Positions 40,820 to 53,892 of a stretch of DNA of 64,000 nt are shown here, piece after piece; positions within the stretch are counted from its first letter, which is position 1, and every line of letters begins with the position of its first letter. The position numbers and the translations under genes were made by a program. The stretch spans positions 5,394,001 to 5,458,000 of the forward strand of contig OX638155.1 in the NCBI GenBank assembly GCA_951804945.1, read 5' to 3'. A model generated the notes under the pieces. The model did not search any database. It was not told the DNA's origin and saw only the letters and a program-made list of their open reading frames with translations. The DNA comes from Podarcis cretensis. Lineage: Eukaryota.

Positions 40820-43814
40820 TATACAAAGAATAGAAATGAAAAGTCAATTATATAAAATACATTTTAGGGGTTTGGATCAATAGTCAAAACACTCACACAA
40901 TATACTTCCCTCCTTTTGTTGCACTGCACATTCCCCAAACTTTTAATATTACATATATGGGAAAGACAAAAACCAGTTTACATGTCATTTGTGGAAATGG
41001 ATTGCAGTATTTCGTTGCAGATTCTTCAAATATAATGTCTTTCCATTGACTACCAAACTTCATTAATCACATTTACCCAGAAATTCATTCTTTCCACTTC
41101 TGAAAATAACTCTTAGTTCGGGTATTTTACCTAAGGGAAGCCTTTTTGAAATGAGAGAATGCTTTAAGTTGGAGGCTTAATTTGCAAATCAATTGGGCTT
41201 TTGCTATATATGGCTTAAATAGGGTAGTAAATTGAGAATCCAATATATTCATCACTACATAGTAAATATTATTTCAGAGAAATGTAAGACAGATTGTGAA
41301 TTAATGAAACTGGAATACATTATTGGCAATGAGACTTTTTTATGAATATATTCCGAATGCTCTGTGTAAATGATGTTCTTGCTAAAGGGGAGGAGAATAT
41401 ACAGTGAGTGGAAGAATGATAATTATGGGGAGTTATTGAAGATATGTCATTCCTTGGTGTGAATATGGGGATTAGACCATACAATAAATCTTCCGGAAGG
41501 AAGTCCCAATTTCCAACAGCACCATGGAAGACTAAAATTGGCTGAACAGAAACCGGGTAAGAGAACCATTTGGGAAACAAAAGATATATATTTTTTTAAA
41601 TGGTGAGAGTTATGAAGCTAAAAACTCATTAATAAAGTATGGTGTAAGACTCAGAAGAATCATGAAAACAATTATGAGGAGTCATTCGTTTGGTGCTAAG
41701 GTGCGCAGTAACTAGAGCAGTAAGTTCACATCTTTCATTCAGCCATTTAAACTCCATGAGTGATACTGGAGAAAGTAGAGGCGTATAGAGATAGAACGAA
41801 AGTTGAAACTTCATCTAGATAACAAGAAAGTACTGTCAGCCAGGTAATCATATGATCCAGGATCATAACTTGTTTGTGATGGCATTGTGCTCCTCCCTCT
41901 TAGGAACCGGGGCCTATTTGGGAGGAGGCTCCTGGATCTCCAGGTGGCAGTCTGAGCAGGAGAACCTCTTCATTAACTCTGACCAGTGTGCCAGCCATGC
42001 CCCTTCTGGCAACAGTGACCCACGTCAAAGTAATACCCACATTAGACTGCTATAATGTGAATTAAACTGGGGCTGTCTTTGCAGAGCACTTGAAAACTTC
42101 AGTTGGCCCATAGAAAGCTGCCTTATACCAAGCCAGACCATTGGTCCCTCTAGCCCAGCATTGCAAACACTTTTTAGGGTTTCAGGAAGGAATCATTCCC
42201 TGCCATAGCGGTCAAAATATGGCTGATAAAATATGTTGAACATTGCTTGCATGCCTTAAGGGTTGTGTCCTCCCGTGCATATTTGCCTGCACATCTAGAT
42301 CAGCTGCTATGCTCCATTTTCCTCCACCATCTAAGCCAAACCTTGGCTTAGCTGTAGATGATTTTTTTGGGTGATTGTTGGTAAGTAATTGTGGCGTAAG
42401 TCTCTTAGCTGGTGTGTTTAGTTTGAGCTGGGCTGCTTTCCTGATTTTGGATTTTATTCTTGTTTTATTGAAAATGTTGTGAGCTGCCTCATAGAAAAGT
42501 AGGGTACAGATTGTGTGAACAAGCTAACAACTATTTGTGTCACTCTAATGAAGGAAAGAAGGCTTGGGAATGGAGGTTAGTAGCAAATGTTAATGCTACA
42601 AAGCTGCTGCTGGACAAAAGGTATAGTTGTTTTTGGTATAATGAGTGCCCTGCTATGATCTCAGGCATTGTATTGAGTTTGTTCAAGCTGAAAAGAAACG
42701 GGATTGTCACCAAACTCATAGTACTACCATCCTTGGCAGTATAACGTTGTTGTATCGCACAGTCACAGTTCATATTTTGGGTTTTCAGAAAACGTTTGCT
42801 ATGTTCCTATCTGGTAAGCATGGCATGTCATTACACTCTTCTTACTGCAGCTTAATGCCTTGGCAGCATTTATCTAATGAAAACCACATCAGCTTTCAGA
42901 AAATTACAATGCACTTTTTTATGTCCTTTGCAGGCCAGAGCATCTCTCTCTGAAGACACTGCTCCCAGATCTGGAGCCCCGGGTTGCATTGTTAATCAGG
43001 CAACTGGGGCAAATATAAACTGTGGTCAAAATGACTGGCTTACCTATCAATAGATGAGGACGACCAACTCCATCCATCTTTCTTTCTCTGAAGACAAATA
43101 ACCAAATGATCAAGTCTCATGCAAGAAACTTGACCCCTGGCCTAAAAAAAAAATGGGTCCTCTGCCTAAAGGAGAAAGATACCAGGAAACTCTCTTGTGC
43201 AAGCAAATAGATAAGAACAAAAATGCTCTTGTGCTGTTCTCATTCATTTCGATGGAGCTTATGTAGGAGAATGTGTAGCTGGATTGTCCACATACATTGA
43301 CCTAGTAGACAATTATATTTATGCTTTGTAGGATTTTACAATAGCCCACTGCTCTTTTGATCTAGCTGGTTAAAGAAATGTAGGTGACTTTATTGCATGC
43401 TCATTGTTGTAATTATTCCTTAGTTTGTTTTTATGCTAGCTTTGCTGCTTTCCTTCAAATATTTTCAATGGTTATAGCAATTTCTCAGAAATTCTGTTTG
43501 CTGGTTGTAATGCAGCTGTTAGTAGTATCCAGTAGCTTCATTTGAAGACCTAGCGAGACAAATGAATGAATATAATCAGTTAGGGGGGAGAAGTCTGGAC
43601 ATAGTCCACTGGGACATTGAAAGGAATGGGAGCTTTGTAAGAGAATATTTCTCCCATTTATTTCAGCAAAGCTTGCACATAGGACTTCCATTTCTCAGTG
43701 AATTTACACTTTATTTTCTAGTCATAGTTACACTGTGTGTGCACTTTCCTGTCTAAAGGCTCAATTCTACCGTTTCCTGTAGTTATATTTGTGTTAGCAA
43801 CTTCTCTTTCATTG

Positions 43815-44140
43815 GCCTAGTTTGCACATAACACTGAACTAAATCTAGATGCTCACTTGATTATTATATCACAGAACAGTTAAAAGCACAAGCAAGAGCA
43901 GTCAAGCCTAGAGAACAGTTTGAATTTTTTGCCACTTGCAGCTCTGTAGTTTTTGGAAGAGGTCTGGGCTGACATGTAGCGCTTACATTGTGGTTAATAC
44001 TAAGATATATAAACCAGCTACAAATTTTGGTTAATGAACCATAGTTAAACTGTTGAGCTGGGTTCACACATAACAGTCAGCTGCAGTTTAATGAACCATA
44101 AATTAATAAACCATAGCTTAGTGCTATGTGCAAACCAGGC
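43815..44140. mobile_element. MITE-like element with ~20-bp terminal inverted repeats
   Basis: GCCTAGTTTGCACATAACACT / AGTGCTATGTGCAAACCAGGC are reverse complements with 2 mismatches. Confidence 0.55.
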
Positions 44141-45544
44141 TGTCGAGTCCACATACACACACTGCAAGTGTGCATACACATACATGTGCACATGTTTTCT
44201 CTGAAATTTAACTATTCCTGTTTTCCTGCAATTGATCCCCCAATCTGCGGCCAGTGTTAAAAATTGAGATATGAAAGCTAGGAGCTAAAAGGAACCTTAA
44301 ACCTAGGTTATGGGCGCAACAATGAAATGTCTAGGTGTGCTTTTTTATAGGAAGAATACAAAACTGAAAATGAACTGCAGATAAAATATTATGTTCATTT
44401 TTCACATGGTCTAGTCCTTCTCTTGCCCAACCCCCTAATATTCTTAAGATAGTTTCTTCTCCAGTCTTCAGAGAGTAGCTGGAAGTAGGGAGACAGAAAA
44501 AAGGTCATATTTTCCTTCCACTCTGCAGTTTTAATCTGAAATCTTAGTCACAGAAGTGCACCCAGAGCTCTGAAACTGCTCGCGCTAATGAAATTCCCTG
44601 CCGCAAAATGTGCCTAGAAAAATGGGAGTTTCAAACACTGCGGCTGATGCTGAGAATTTTTTTGCAAGCTAATCAATACTTCTTTCCAGCAATGGGATAA
44701 TGAAGCATACTGTATTTGAAAAGAACAATGTAAACTATGCTAAATCACATTATTTAAAGCTGGCCTTTAATGTTGGTTTATTTATGGTGTTTGGAACTAC
44801 TCCGGTGGTAACTAGATGGACTTAACACCAAATTGATTCCAATCTCCATTCTCTACAGTGACAGGGACAATTTAGTGTTAAACCGAGCTGTCAGCCTATG
44901 ATAAACTGCCACTGTAAACACTCTAAAACAGGAATTATAGATTATATTATAACAGTGTGGTTTCACAGTTATGTGGTTATGTAGTTGTGCAGTTTGGAAT
45001 AGAATTTTCAGTAAACCTTTGTGTTTTGGGAATTGTATTATATTCTTACAATGACAAAAATTCACAATAGTGAAGCATTTTTAAGTCTGTGGATGAAAGG
45101 AAGTGGCAAGTAGTCTTATAGTGAAACAGGATAGGAAAGAGTGCAATTTATATACAACTGGAATCAGCAGGGAAACAGATATAGAATGCACATATTTCTT
45201 TTATGCACTGTCAATGTCATCTTTTTGTTATGAGAGGATGAAAAAGATGCTGTGTACTTTTACATATTGTTTGCTAGATTTGAATATCATTTTTGTATGT
45301 TCATAAAATAATAAAATCACTTTCTAAAATCTATGGATGGAAATGCTTTGTGAAACAGGATCCCTGGGGTGGGGCAGCAAGCATCAGCAAGGCAAACTGC
45401 CAAGGCCACAAACCATAGCCTGCTTTACAGACCAGGCATGGGCCAGAGGGAGGAAATTCTCCCTGATCTGCTTTACCAACCAATTGTAGTTGCAATAATT
45501 TAGAGCCATTTCCTTTCAATAAACATTGGGATGGGAGTTTAGAG

Positions 45545-45680
45545 CAGTGTTCCCCAACCTTGGGCCTCCAGCTGTTTTTGGACTACAATTCCCATCATCC
45601 TTGACCACTGGTCTTGCTAGCGAGGGATGATGGGAGTTGTAGTCCAAAAACAGCTGGAGGCCCAAGGTTGGGGAACACTG
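45545..45680. mobile_element. hAT-type palindromic MITE
   Basis: 136-bp near-perfect hairpin CAGTGTTCCCCAACCTTGGG...CCCAAGGTTGGGGAACACTG with a perfect 8-bp TSD GTTTAGAG (45537-45544 / 45681-45688). Confidence 0.93.
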
Positions 45681-47797
45681 GTTTAGAGGACACCTGGAGA
45701 ATGAAGGCATTCTGTCAATTTCCCTCAGCTTGACTATATTATTCACTACTTGTATTACTAACTGCTGGGATACTTTATAGCTTACCCTGCTGCCTTTATA
45801 GCTTACCCTGTATACACATACATACACTTTAAATAAAAAGCACAAAATTACAAGTGCACAGAATAAGATAAAACACAAAAAAGAAGGAAGTGAAAAGCCT
45901 TCAAACATTTGAAGACAGATATCATGTCCTCTTAATCTTCTCTTCTCCAGATTATATATACCTTCAAACTTTCACCATATAACTTGGTCTTCAAACAATC
46001 AAACATAAGAAGACAACAACAAAGTCACAGTTAAGTCCTTGGAACATTTCCCAGATTGCTACCTAGTCCCTTATCAGTCTCCTAATTTCTTGTGCTTTCC
46101 CTGATGCCTTTTAAGGTAATGTAACATAGCTTCTAAGTGTGAGGGTGTTAAAATAAGCTGAGACCACATTGGTTATGAAACAAATAAAGTGTTTAGAAAG
46201 ACGGAGGGAAATATGGAGTTTTAAAAGAAAGATGTGTAATGCAAAAGTTACTGAAAACCACCCCCCTTGGAGCAAAATAGCAAAATAAAGCCACTTAAAG
46301 CACCATCTACTTTCCTGGGACTAAGCACTCCTTCAACTCACCAGACTCTCAGGAGAATCTTACTCCTAAGTAGCAGCCCTCTGTTTGCCTATCTCCCAGG
46401 CTTACAAAGATTTTCCTTTATTATGCTGGATTCCACATTGAACTAAAGAACCTCCACAATGGCTCCCCTTGTCAACCACAGGTTAAGAGATGTGCCAGTT
46501 CTAACATAAGGTATTCACTACCTTAATATTTAAGCCTTAGGATATTTGCTGGGTTTCCAAGTTAATTCCATAAGCCCCTCCAAAGAAGAGACAGGTAAAA
46601 ATATACATTCCCAAACAAATAAAATATGCAGCAGCCCGTATAAGTAAGGATCGTGCCATCAGTTTCGGAAAGCAAAGTTTATTTCATTTTCTGGTTTGAC
46701 ATGTGAATTCTTTGATTAAAGCCATTTTCCAGACACACCTATGAGTTTAGGAATATACCCTCCAGAGTCCACCATTTGTGTTCTGCTTCCAAGTACAGTA
46801 TGTAGCCACTAGTAGGAGTATTAGATCTTTAAACCACACATCTTGATTAGGACTATCAGAAAAGTTTAACACAGCTAAAACTGGTGCCATCTTCAAAGGT
46901 TAACCTGTGCTAAGAATAATCTCTGAAAATACACTTGACGAAAAGATTTGTTCCACTGGACAGTGCCATCACATATGAAGGTAAGTCCCAAGTTCACCAC
47001 ATAATCTCCTTCAATGTGAGCTTGCTGTATTAGTGATTCTGAAAAGTTTAATGGGAGTAAGACACCATTTAGGTATCAGTTTTAAAGAATTTCTCATATA
47101 TGGACTGACAAGGAGCAAAAAGTTTTTTTTCACCCACAATTTCATCTTCTGTGGCTGCAATGTCTAGTTCACATAGTCTTGGTTCCCAACAAAAACATCA
47201 TATTTCCCACAAAACCTCAGGTTGCCTGGGCTGCTATCCCCAGATCTAACAGGAAGTGCATTAATTGATTATACTGAAACCAGTTTTTAGTGCACTTCTG
47301 GGATCTGTTTCTCCTTGATAGGTAAGTTGTTTACACAGAAATAGTAAAGGCAAAGGGATTTAGCTGTAATAAGTTCCAGATCTTGAGAGCCACCTACAGG
47401 GACGGGTTAGAAAGTTGTAAGGAAATTGGTTCTCTTCGGAGAAATGGAATTGCTCTGTAAGATGGGTGCAATAACACTATCCCGACACAAGGTTTGCCAT
47501 CTTCATTATTGATTAAGGAACATAAATGTCTAATCTGAACTGCATCAAAGTAAGGGCTGTAAATTTGGAATCTACAGAATCTGATTGTTGACTCTGGGCT
47601 TTTTACCCCCATGCATATATTTACTTGGCCAGATCTTAAATTGTTTGGGAGAGATCGAGGTTGGCCAGTTCTGGAACAGGTACAGGAATTTTAACAATAA
47701 CATTATTCTAACAATTGCTAGGTGTCCAAGTCGATATAAATTCTGTTTTGTCCAATTCCTGAGCTCCTATTGCATTTGATTCAACAAGGGGCTTAAC

Positions 47798-48152
47798 TAA
47801 AGGTAAAGGTAAAGGTACCCCTGCCCGTACGGGCCAGTCTTGACAGACTCTGGGGTTGTGCGCCCATCTCACTTAAGAGGCCAGGGGCCAGCGCTGTCCG
47901 GAGACACTTCCGGGTCACGTGGCCAGCGTGACAAAGCTGCATCTGGCGAGCCAGAGCTGCACACGGAAACGCTGTTTACCTTCCCGCTGGTAAGCGGTCC
48001 CTATTTATCTACTTGCACCCGGAGGTGCTTTCGAACTGCTAGGTTGGCAGGCGCTGGGACCGAGCAGCAGGAGCGCACCCCGCCGCAGGGATTCGAACCG
48101 CCGACCTTTCAATCGGCAAGTCCTAGGCGCTGAGGCTTTAACCCACAGCGCC
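47798..48152 (-). mobile_element. Sauria SINE, same young subfamily as 25819-26179
   Basis: Shares the diagnostic CCCTGCCCGTACGGGCCAGTCTTGACAGACTCT segment; (TAAAGG)3 tail. Confidence 0.92.
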
Positions 48153-48359
48153 AACTAGTCTTCTTTAAATATGATATCACCTTTTTCGGGCGCTACACAA
48201 ATCCTGATATGGCAGATATGCCAATAAATGTTTGGGTATTTCCGACTTTTATCAGGATTTGAACTGTGCCCCAAGAAGGTTAAATATCAACCCGGTATTC
48301 TTCCCTTGTTTTGGGGGGAAACTAAAATTCATTTTCTTTCTCTTATTTGAATGTATTAT

Positions 48360-48585
48360 TCATTTATTTCATTTGTATCCCACTTTCCTCCAAAGAACGC
48401 AAGGAGCTCATATATAGGTCTCTTCCTTCCTATCTTGCCTTCACAACAACCCTGTGAGGTAGGGTAGGCTGACAGACTGAGAATGGCCAAGGTCACACAG
48501 TGAGCTTCAAGGCCAAGTGGGGATTTGAACCTGCATCTCCCAGGTCCTAGTCTGACACTCTAACCACTGCACCACACTGGCTCTC
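48360..48585 (-). mobile_element. tRNA-derived squamate SINE (Squam3/MIR-like), older copy
   Basis: CACAACAACCCTGTGAGGTAGG...CCAAGGTCAC...GGGATTTGAACC...TAACCACTGCACCACACTGGC. Confidence 0.75.
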
Positions 48586-49160
48586 AGAGAACAAATAGTA
48601 ATACATAGGCAAGGTTAGGGTTAGGGCAATCCTATACATAAAAACCTGGTGTGAAGTTAAGCTGGGGTAAAATATGCCAGAGCCAAACTCCATTCTGAAG
48701 CATGTCTAAGCCTGGCGGAGGGAAAACAAGCCTTGAAAATGGGTTTTTGGGTTACATCACCCTCCTTGCCAACCTACTTTGCTAACCTGGGTTATCTGAC
48801 CATTCTCAATGAGCTTAGGATCCAGCATAAGTCCTCCCCGGCTCCTCCCCCACTATGTCTACTTTTGAGGACTTAAACCAGCTTAAGATCTGTCTGGCTT
48901 GGCTCAGCTGCCTGGGTCCCAGCTGGTATCCAAACAAACCCCTGTGTTGCAAAGAGAACGCCAACAATGTCTAGGCAACATGATGACCATATACATACGT
49001 AATAGACAATCTCTATAGAATTCCTTCAAATAATAAAAACTTCAAAATGAAATCTTTAGTCTCAAAGTCTCTGAAAATCTTTAAATAAAGCGAGGTACCA
49101 AACTTTGTATGGTGGAAGACAAGCTGTGAAGCTTTGTGTATTCAACAATGATGTCCAATA

Positions 49161-49513
49161 AAAAGGTAAAGTGACCCCTGACCATTAGGTCCAGTCGTGG
49201 CTGACTCTGGGGTTGCGGCGCTCATCTCGCTTTATTGGCCGAGGGAGCCAGCGTACAACTTCCAGGTCATGTGACCAGCATGACTAAGCCGCTTTTGGTG
49301 AACCAGAGCAGCGCACAGAAACGCTGTTTACCTTCCCGCAGGAGCGGTACCTATTTATCTACTTGCACTTTGACGTGCTTTCGAACTGCTAGGTTGGCAG
49401 GAGCAGGAACTGAGCAACGGGAGCTCACCCTGACGTGGGGATTCGAACCGCCGACCTTCTGATCGGCAAGTCCTAGGCTCTGTGGTTTAACCCACAGCGC
49501 CACCCACGTCCCT
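49161..49513 (-). mobile_element. Sauria SINE, second subfamily
   Basis: Typical body; perfect 13-bp TSD ATGATGTCCAATA at 49148-49160 / 49514-49526. Confidence 0.92.
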
Positions 49514-49817
49514 ATGATGTCCAATACTGAACAGTAATTCCAGATATTGGCTACTGTTTCATAGAATTCTTCATCAGCATGGTGGGTGGATATAGAATGC
49601 TTCATAAACCCATCTTATTTCGAATGAATGTATATAAATAATGTGGAACAGTGCTCATGTAATAATGTAGTCACTGCAGTCATGCATTGTACAACACTTA
49701 AAAATTCACTGTTTTACTAAGCATACTCCCCTTCTACAACTGATAATGAAAATAGAAAATTTAAAAAGATTGTTTACATAGTTCAAAATCTGTCCCCTCT
49801 CACTTGCTTTCTCCCAG

Positions 49818-49820
<3 letters not shown>

Positions 49821-49877
<57 letters not shown>
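49821..49877. repeat. Compound (TA)n(GA)n microsatellite
   Basis: Direct reading. Confidence 0.95.
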
Positions 49878-49878
<1 letters not shown>

Positions 49879-49944
49879 ATGCTCAGTGTTTATTTTCAAC
49901 ACTCTGGGGCAAGCTATCTAGATCAGTGGGGTATAAATAATAAA

Positions 49945-49976
<32 letters not shown>

Positions 49977-50320
49977 TGATGAAAAATAGGAACAATAGGG
50001 AAACATATTCAGAGGGCTAGTCATCTTAGCTTGTTGCAGAAAGAAACAACAGTTTTCTGGCCCAGTTCATCAGATGTAAGAAAACTTGAACATCATAGGC
50101 ATGAAATTGGGAGATAGATCAGAACAATTAACATAACAGCATCTTTCCATAGGTTGACTTAAAAATTGTAAAGCAAATTGGTACACATGACTAGTTGCTA
50201 TTTGATGTTCCTTAGGAATAGACTATTATCTAAAATTAATTGGGTTTTGCTTGAAGTCTCTCCCCCCCCCACCCCGAAAACACTGAGGAAGGACTAAAAC
50301 TGGTGTAATTATTCATTGAA

Positions 50321-50340
50321 CCTCTAAGTGTCGCTGTTTG
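50321..50340 (+). promoter_or_regulatory. Canonical CSE (CGCT box / CTCF site) of the first gamma gene
   Basis: CCTCTAAGTGTCGCTGTTTG contains the CGCT core of clustered-Pcdh CSEs, 199 bp upstream of ATG 50520. Confidence 0.8.
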
Positions 50341-50519
50341 CTCATAAGCCAAAAACTACAAATCCCTGTTCTGCTCTCATTCTTCAAACAATACACAAAG
50401 CTCACATTCGCGTTCAGCAAGTCTGGATTTGCAGGAGGAAATATCTAGGGAGCCTTTGGAACCTTTGTAAGGTCCAAACTGGACAATAAGGGCACAACAA
50501 TCTGACAGTCTACCTGGAA

Positions 50520-53033
50520 ATGGCTGGAAGGATTCTATGCTATCAAAAGAATAGTGTGCTTTGCTTTGTGCTGGCGATGGTCTGGGAGGCAGCTTCTGGG
50601 CAAATAAATTATTTGATTCCTGAGGAAATGGAGAGAGGTTCTTTTGTAGGAGATATTGCAAAGGATCTTGGACTGAGCGTAAAGGAGTTATCAAGTGGAG
50701 ACACCAGGATAATTTCCAGAGGTATGAAGCAATATTTTTCACTTGATTTGAGAAATGGACATTTGTTCATCAAGGAGGTAATTGACAGGGAGCAGATTTG
50801 CCACCAGATAGAAAAATGTCTGTTAAATTTTGAGATTCTTGTGAAGGATAAAGTGAAGTTTTTTATGGCTAAAGTTGAAATAACTGATATTAATGACAAC
50901 TCACCCAGCTTCCCTGTAGAAGAGTTTGAATTAACAATTGCTGAAAACTCGGGTCTTGGGGCAAGGTTTCTTTTACCAGCGGCTCAGGATCCAGATCTAG
51001 GGACGAATTCTCTCCAGAGCTACCATCTCAGTAGCAACAGACACTTTTCCTTGGACGTACAAACTGGAGTTGATGGGATCAAATATGCAGAACTAGTCCT
51101 TGAAAAGCTGTTAGATCGAGAAGAACAAAAAGTGCACCAACTAATTCTCACTGCTGCTGACAAAGGAGAACCTGCCAGGTCTGGTACGGTGCAAATCCGT
51201 GTCGCTGTTGCAGATGTAAATGACAATGCTCCTATTTTCAGTAAGTCTCTGTATGAAGCGGATGTTATGGAAAACATGCTTAAAGGGTCGCATGTGTTAA
51301 TTCTGAATGCAACTGACCTTGATGAGGGAATAAACTCAAAGGTAATGTATTCATTCAGAAAAATTTCAGACAAAGCTTCCAAAATATTCCACTTGGATTC
51401 CGCAACAGGGCAGATATCAGTCATTGGGAATATTGACTTTGAAGAATCTATAGCACATGAAATGGAAGTCCAAGCACAAGATGGGGCTGGCTTGTCTACT
51501 CGCGCTAGAGTAGTCATAAGAGTCACGGATGCGAATGACAATCCACCAGAGATTGCAATTACACCACTTTTCAGCAAGGTTGAAGAAAGTTCTCCTCCAG
51601 GAACTGTAATAGGTCTTATAAATATAAATGATAGAGATGATGGGGAAAATGGAGAGGTCTCATGTTCTATACCAGCAGGACTTCCGTTTCTGTTGAAGAA
51701 AGCATTTGACAACTATTACAACTTGGAGATTGCAAGTGTCCTTGACAGGGAGAGGGTCTCAGAATATAACATCACAATAATAGCAAGTGACCAAGGGATT
51801 CCTTCTCTCTCAACAACTGCTTACTTCCCACTAGAAATATTAGATGAAAATGACAACCCACCCACCTTTAAAAATACAGCATTCACTTTTTATCTTGAGG
51901 AGAATAACCACAGAAGTGAATTCATTACTATTTTGAAGGCACATGACTCTGATTGTGAGGAAAATGGCAGACTAATTTACTCTATCATCGAAAGAGATAT
52001 TGTGCAGCCCAATGCTAAGAAAGTCTACGCAGAAGTGAATTCCAATGAGATCAATGGGACTTACTCTCAAATAAGTGAGCATGAGACTAAAGTCAGAAAT
52101 ACCTTCCATCCTACCTACCTCTCAATTAACTCTGAAACAGGAGCAATCTATGCCCTACACTCCTTTGATTATGAAGAGATCAGGGAGATTAATTTCCTGG
52201 TCAAGGCTCAGGATGGAGGTTCTCCACCACTCAGCTCCAACGTCTCAGTGACTCTCTTCATCCTGGACCAGAATGACAATGCTCCCCAAATCCTTTACCC
52301 CTCCCCTCCCACTGACGGCTCCACAGGGATAGAGCTGGCCCCTCGCTCCTCTGAGCCAGGCTACCTGGTCACTAAGGTGGTGGCCGTGGATGCAGACTCT
52401 GGCCAGAATGCCTGGCTCTCCTACCAGCTGATCAAGGCCACCGAGCCAGGGCTCTTCACTCTGGGGCTCCACACGGGAGAGATCAGGACAGCCCGATTCT
52501 TTCTGGAGAAAGATGCCCTCAAGCAAAGCCTGGTGGTTTTAGTCAAGGACAATGGGCAGCCTCCAATGTTGGCTTCAGCCACTCTGACTGTGGTGCTGGC
52601 TGACACCATCCCTGCAGTCCTCTCAGACCTTAGCAGCATCTCAGTATCTGAAGACCCACAATCTGATGGTGAGCTCACTTCGTACCTGGTGACTGCAGTA
52701 GCTGCTGTCTCCTGCTTGTTCTTCACCTTTCTGCTTTTGTTACTAGCTTTTAGACTTTATAGGTGGAGAAACTCACAATTGTGTGACTCAGGATTTGGAA
52801 ATTTCAATGGAGTACCTGTTTCACAGTTTGTGGGCATTGATGGTGTCCGGGCTTTTCTTCAGTCTTACTGCCCTGATGGCTCACTAACTACCTGCTCCCA
52901 AAACAATAAAATTGTTTTTCCAATTGGAAGTTGTACAGATATTCTCTCATCTCATCCAGCTGCCGATAATTTAGGTCCTTTATTAACTATGGAAGATCCA
53001 AGCACTGATACAGTACGACAAAACTCTGAGCAG
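50520..53033 (+). CDS. PCDHGA: Protocadherin gamma-A-type variable exon 1 (expected to splice to constant exons outside the window; unspliced ORF ends at 53051)
   Basis: Gamma motifs [10 protein letters not shown]...[38 protein letters not shown] and the gamma-A cytoplasmic [14 protein letters not shown]; donor CAG|GTGAGT at 53033/53034. Confidence 0.92.
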
Positions 53034-53646
53034 GTGAGTTTCATTTTCTAAAATTAAGATTGCTCACATTTTCCAATGTACAAAGCAGAAACAAGTTGAA
53101 TGTGATACAGTCTGCAGAGCTCATTGGGCACTGAGCTAAGAATTGTGCAAAGTGGATTTGTATTTATTTTATAAGTGTTTACCCATGTATTTTCAGTAAT
53201 ATCCCACCAAACATTAGTTGATTTGCACTTCATAAATTCAGAAAGTGAGTGGCATTATGCCCCCCCCCCCCGCTTTCTTTGCACTTTATTTGCTGTCTAG
53301 GGACCATGGCTGAATTTTTCAGTGGCAAGTAATGGGAAAGAAATGGGCATAAAGAAACAAATACTATATATTAGTGAACTGGGTTTAGTTAGTAGGTGGT
53401 TGTACCTTAGGTCAGGTCAGACCAGGCAATGACCAGAAGGCTATCCTGTCCTTTCCGGCTTGGGGGAAAGCAGTAGTACCTGGTGATTATGGGAGTGGGG
53501 AGCAGGTGGGCTTACTGAGCAAGGTCCTGCCCAAGAGCCCTCCAAAACCTGAAGCTGAGACTGACCACCAAACCTGAATCTACTTGCACTCCACTAGCCA
53601 TTTGACAGCAATGCAACACAATATAAAAATGGATTCTTTCCCACTA

Positions 53647-53892
53647 TGAAGAAGAAGAGTTTGGATTTGATATCCCACTTTATCACTACCCTAGGGAGTC
53701 TCAAAGCGGCTAACAATCTCCTTTCCCTTCCTCCCCCACAACAAACACTCTGTGAGGTGTGTGAGGCTGAGAGACTTCAGAGAAGTGTGACTAGCCCAAG
53801 GTCACCCAGCAGCTGCATGTGGAGGAGTGGGAATGCGAACCCGGTTCACCAGATTACAAGTCCACCACTCTTAACCACTACACCACACTGGC
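53647..53892 (-). mobile_element. tRNA-derived squamate SINE (Squam3-like)
   Basis: (GAA)n tail on the + strand, CACAACAAACACTCTGTGAGG core, GCGAACCCGG B-box-like segment, TAACCACTACACCACACTGGC head. Confidence 0.82.

Noticed and set aside
40860-41830. Possible degraded L1 ORF2 remnants
   Set aside because: Only vague motif resemblance; boundaries and family not supportable.
46146-46506. Possible solo LTR (TGTTA...TAACA)
   Set aside because: No matching target-site duplication, so it cannot be supported without a repeat library.
51020-51712. 230-aa antisense ORF inside the first gamma gene
   Set aside because: Codon-register shadow of the cadherin frame; not conserved as a whole in the second gamma gene.
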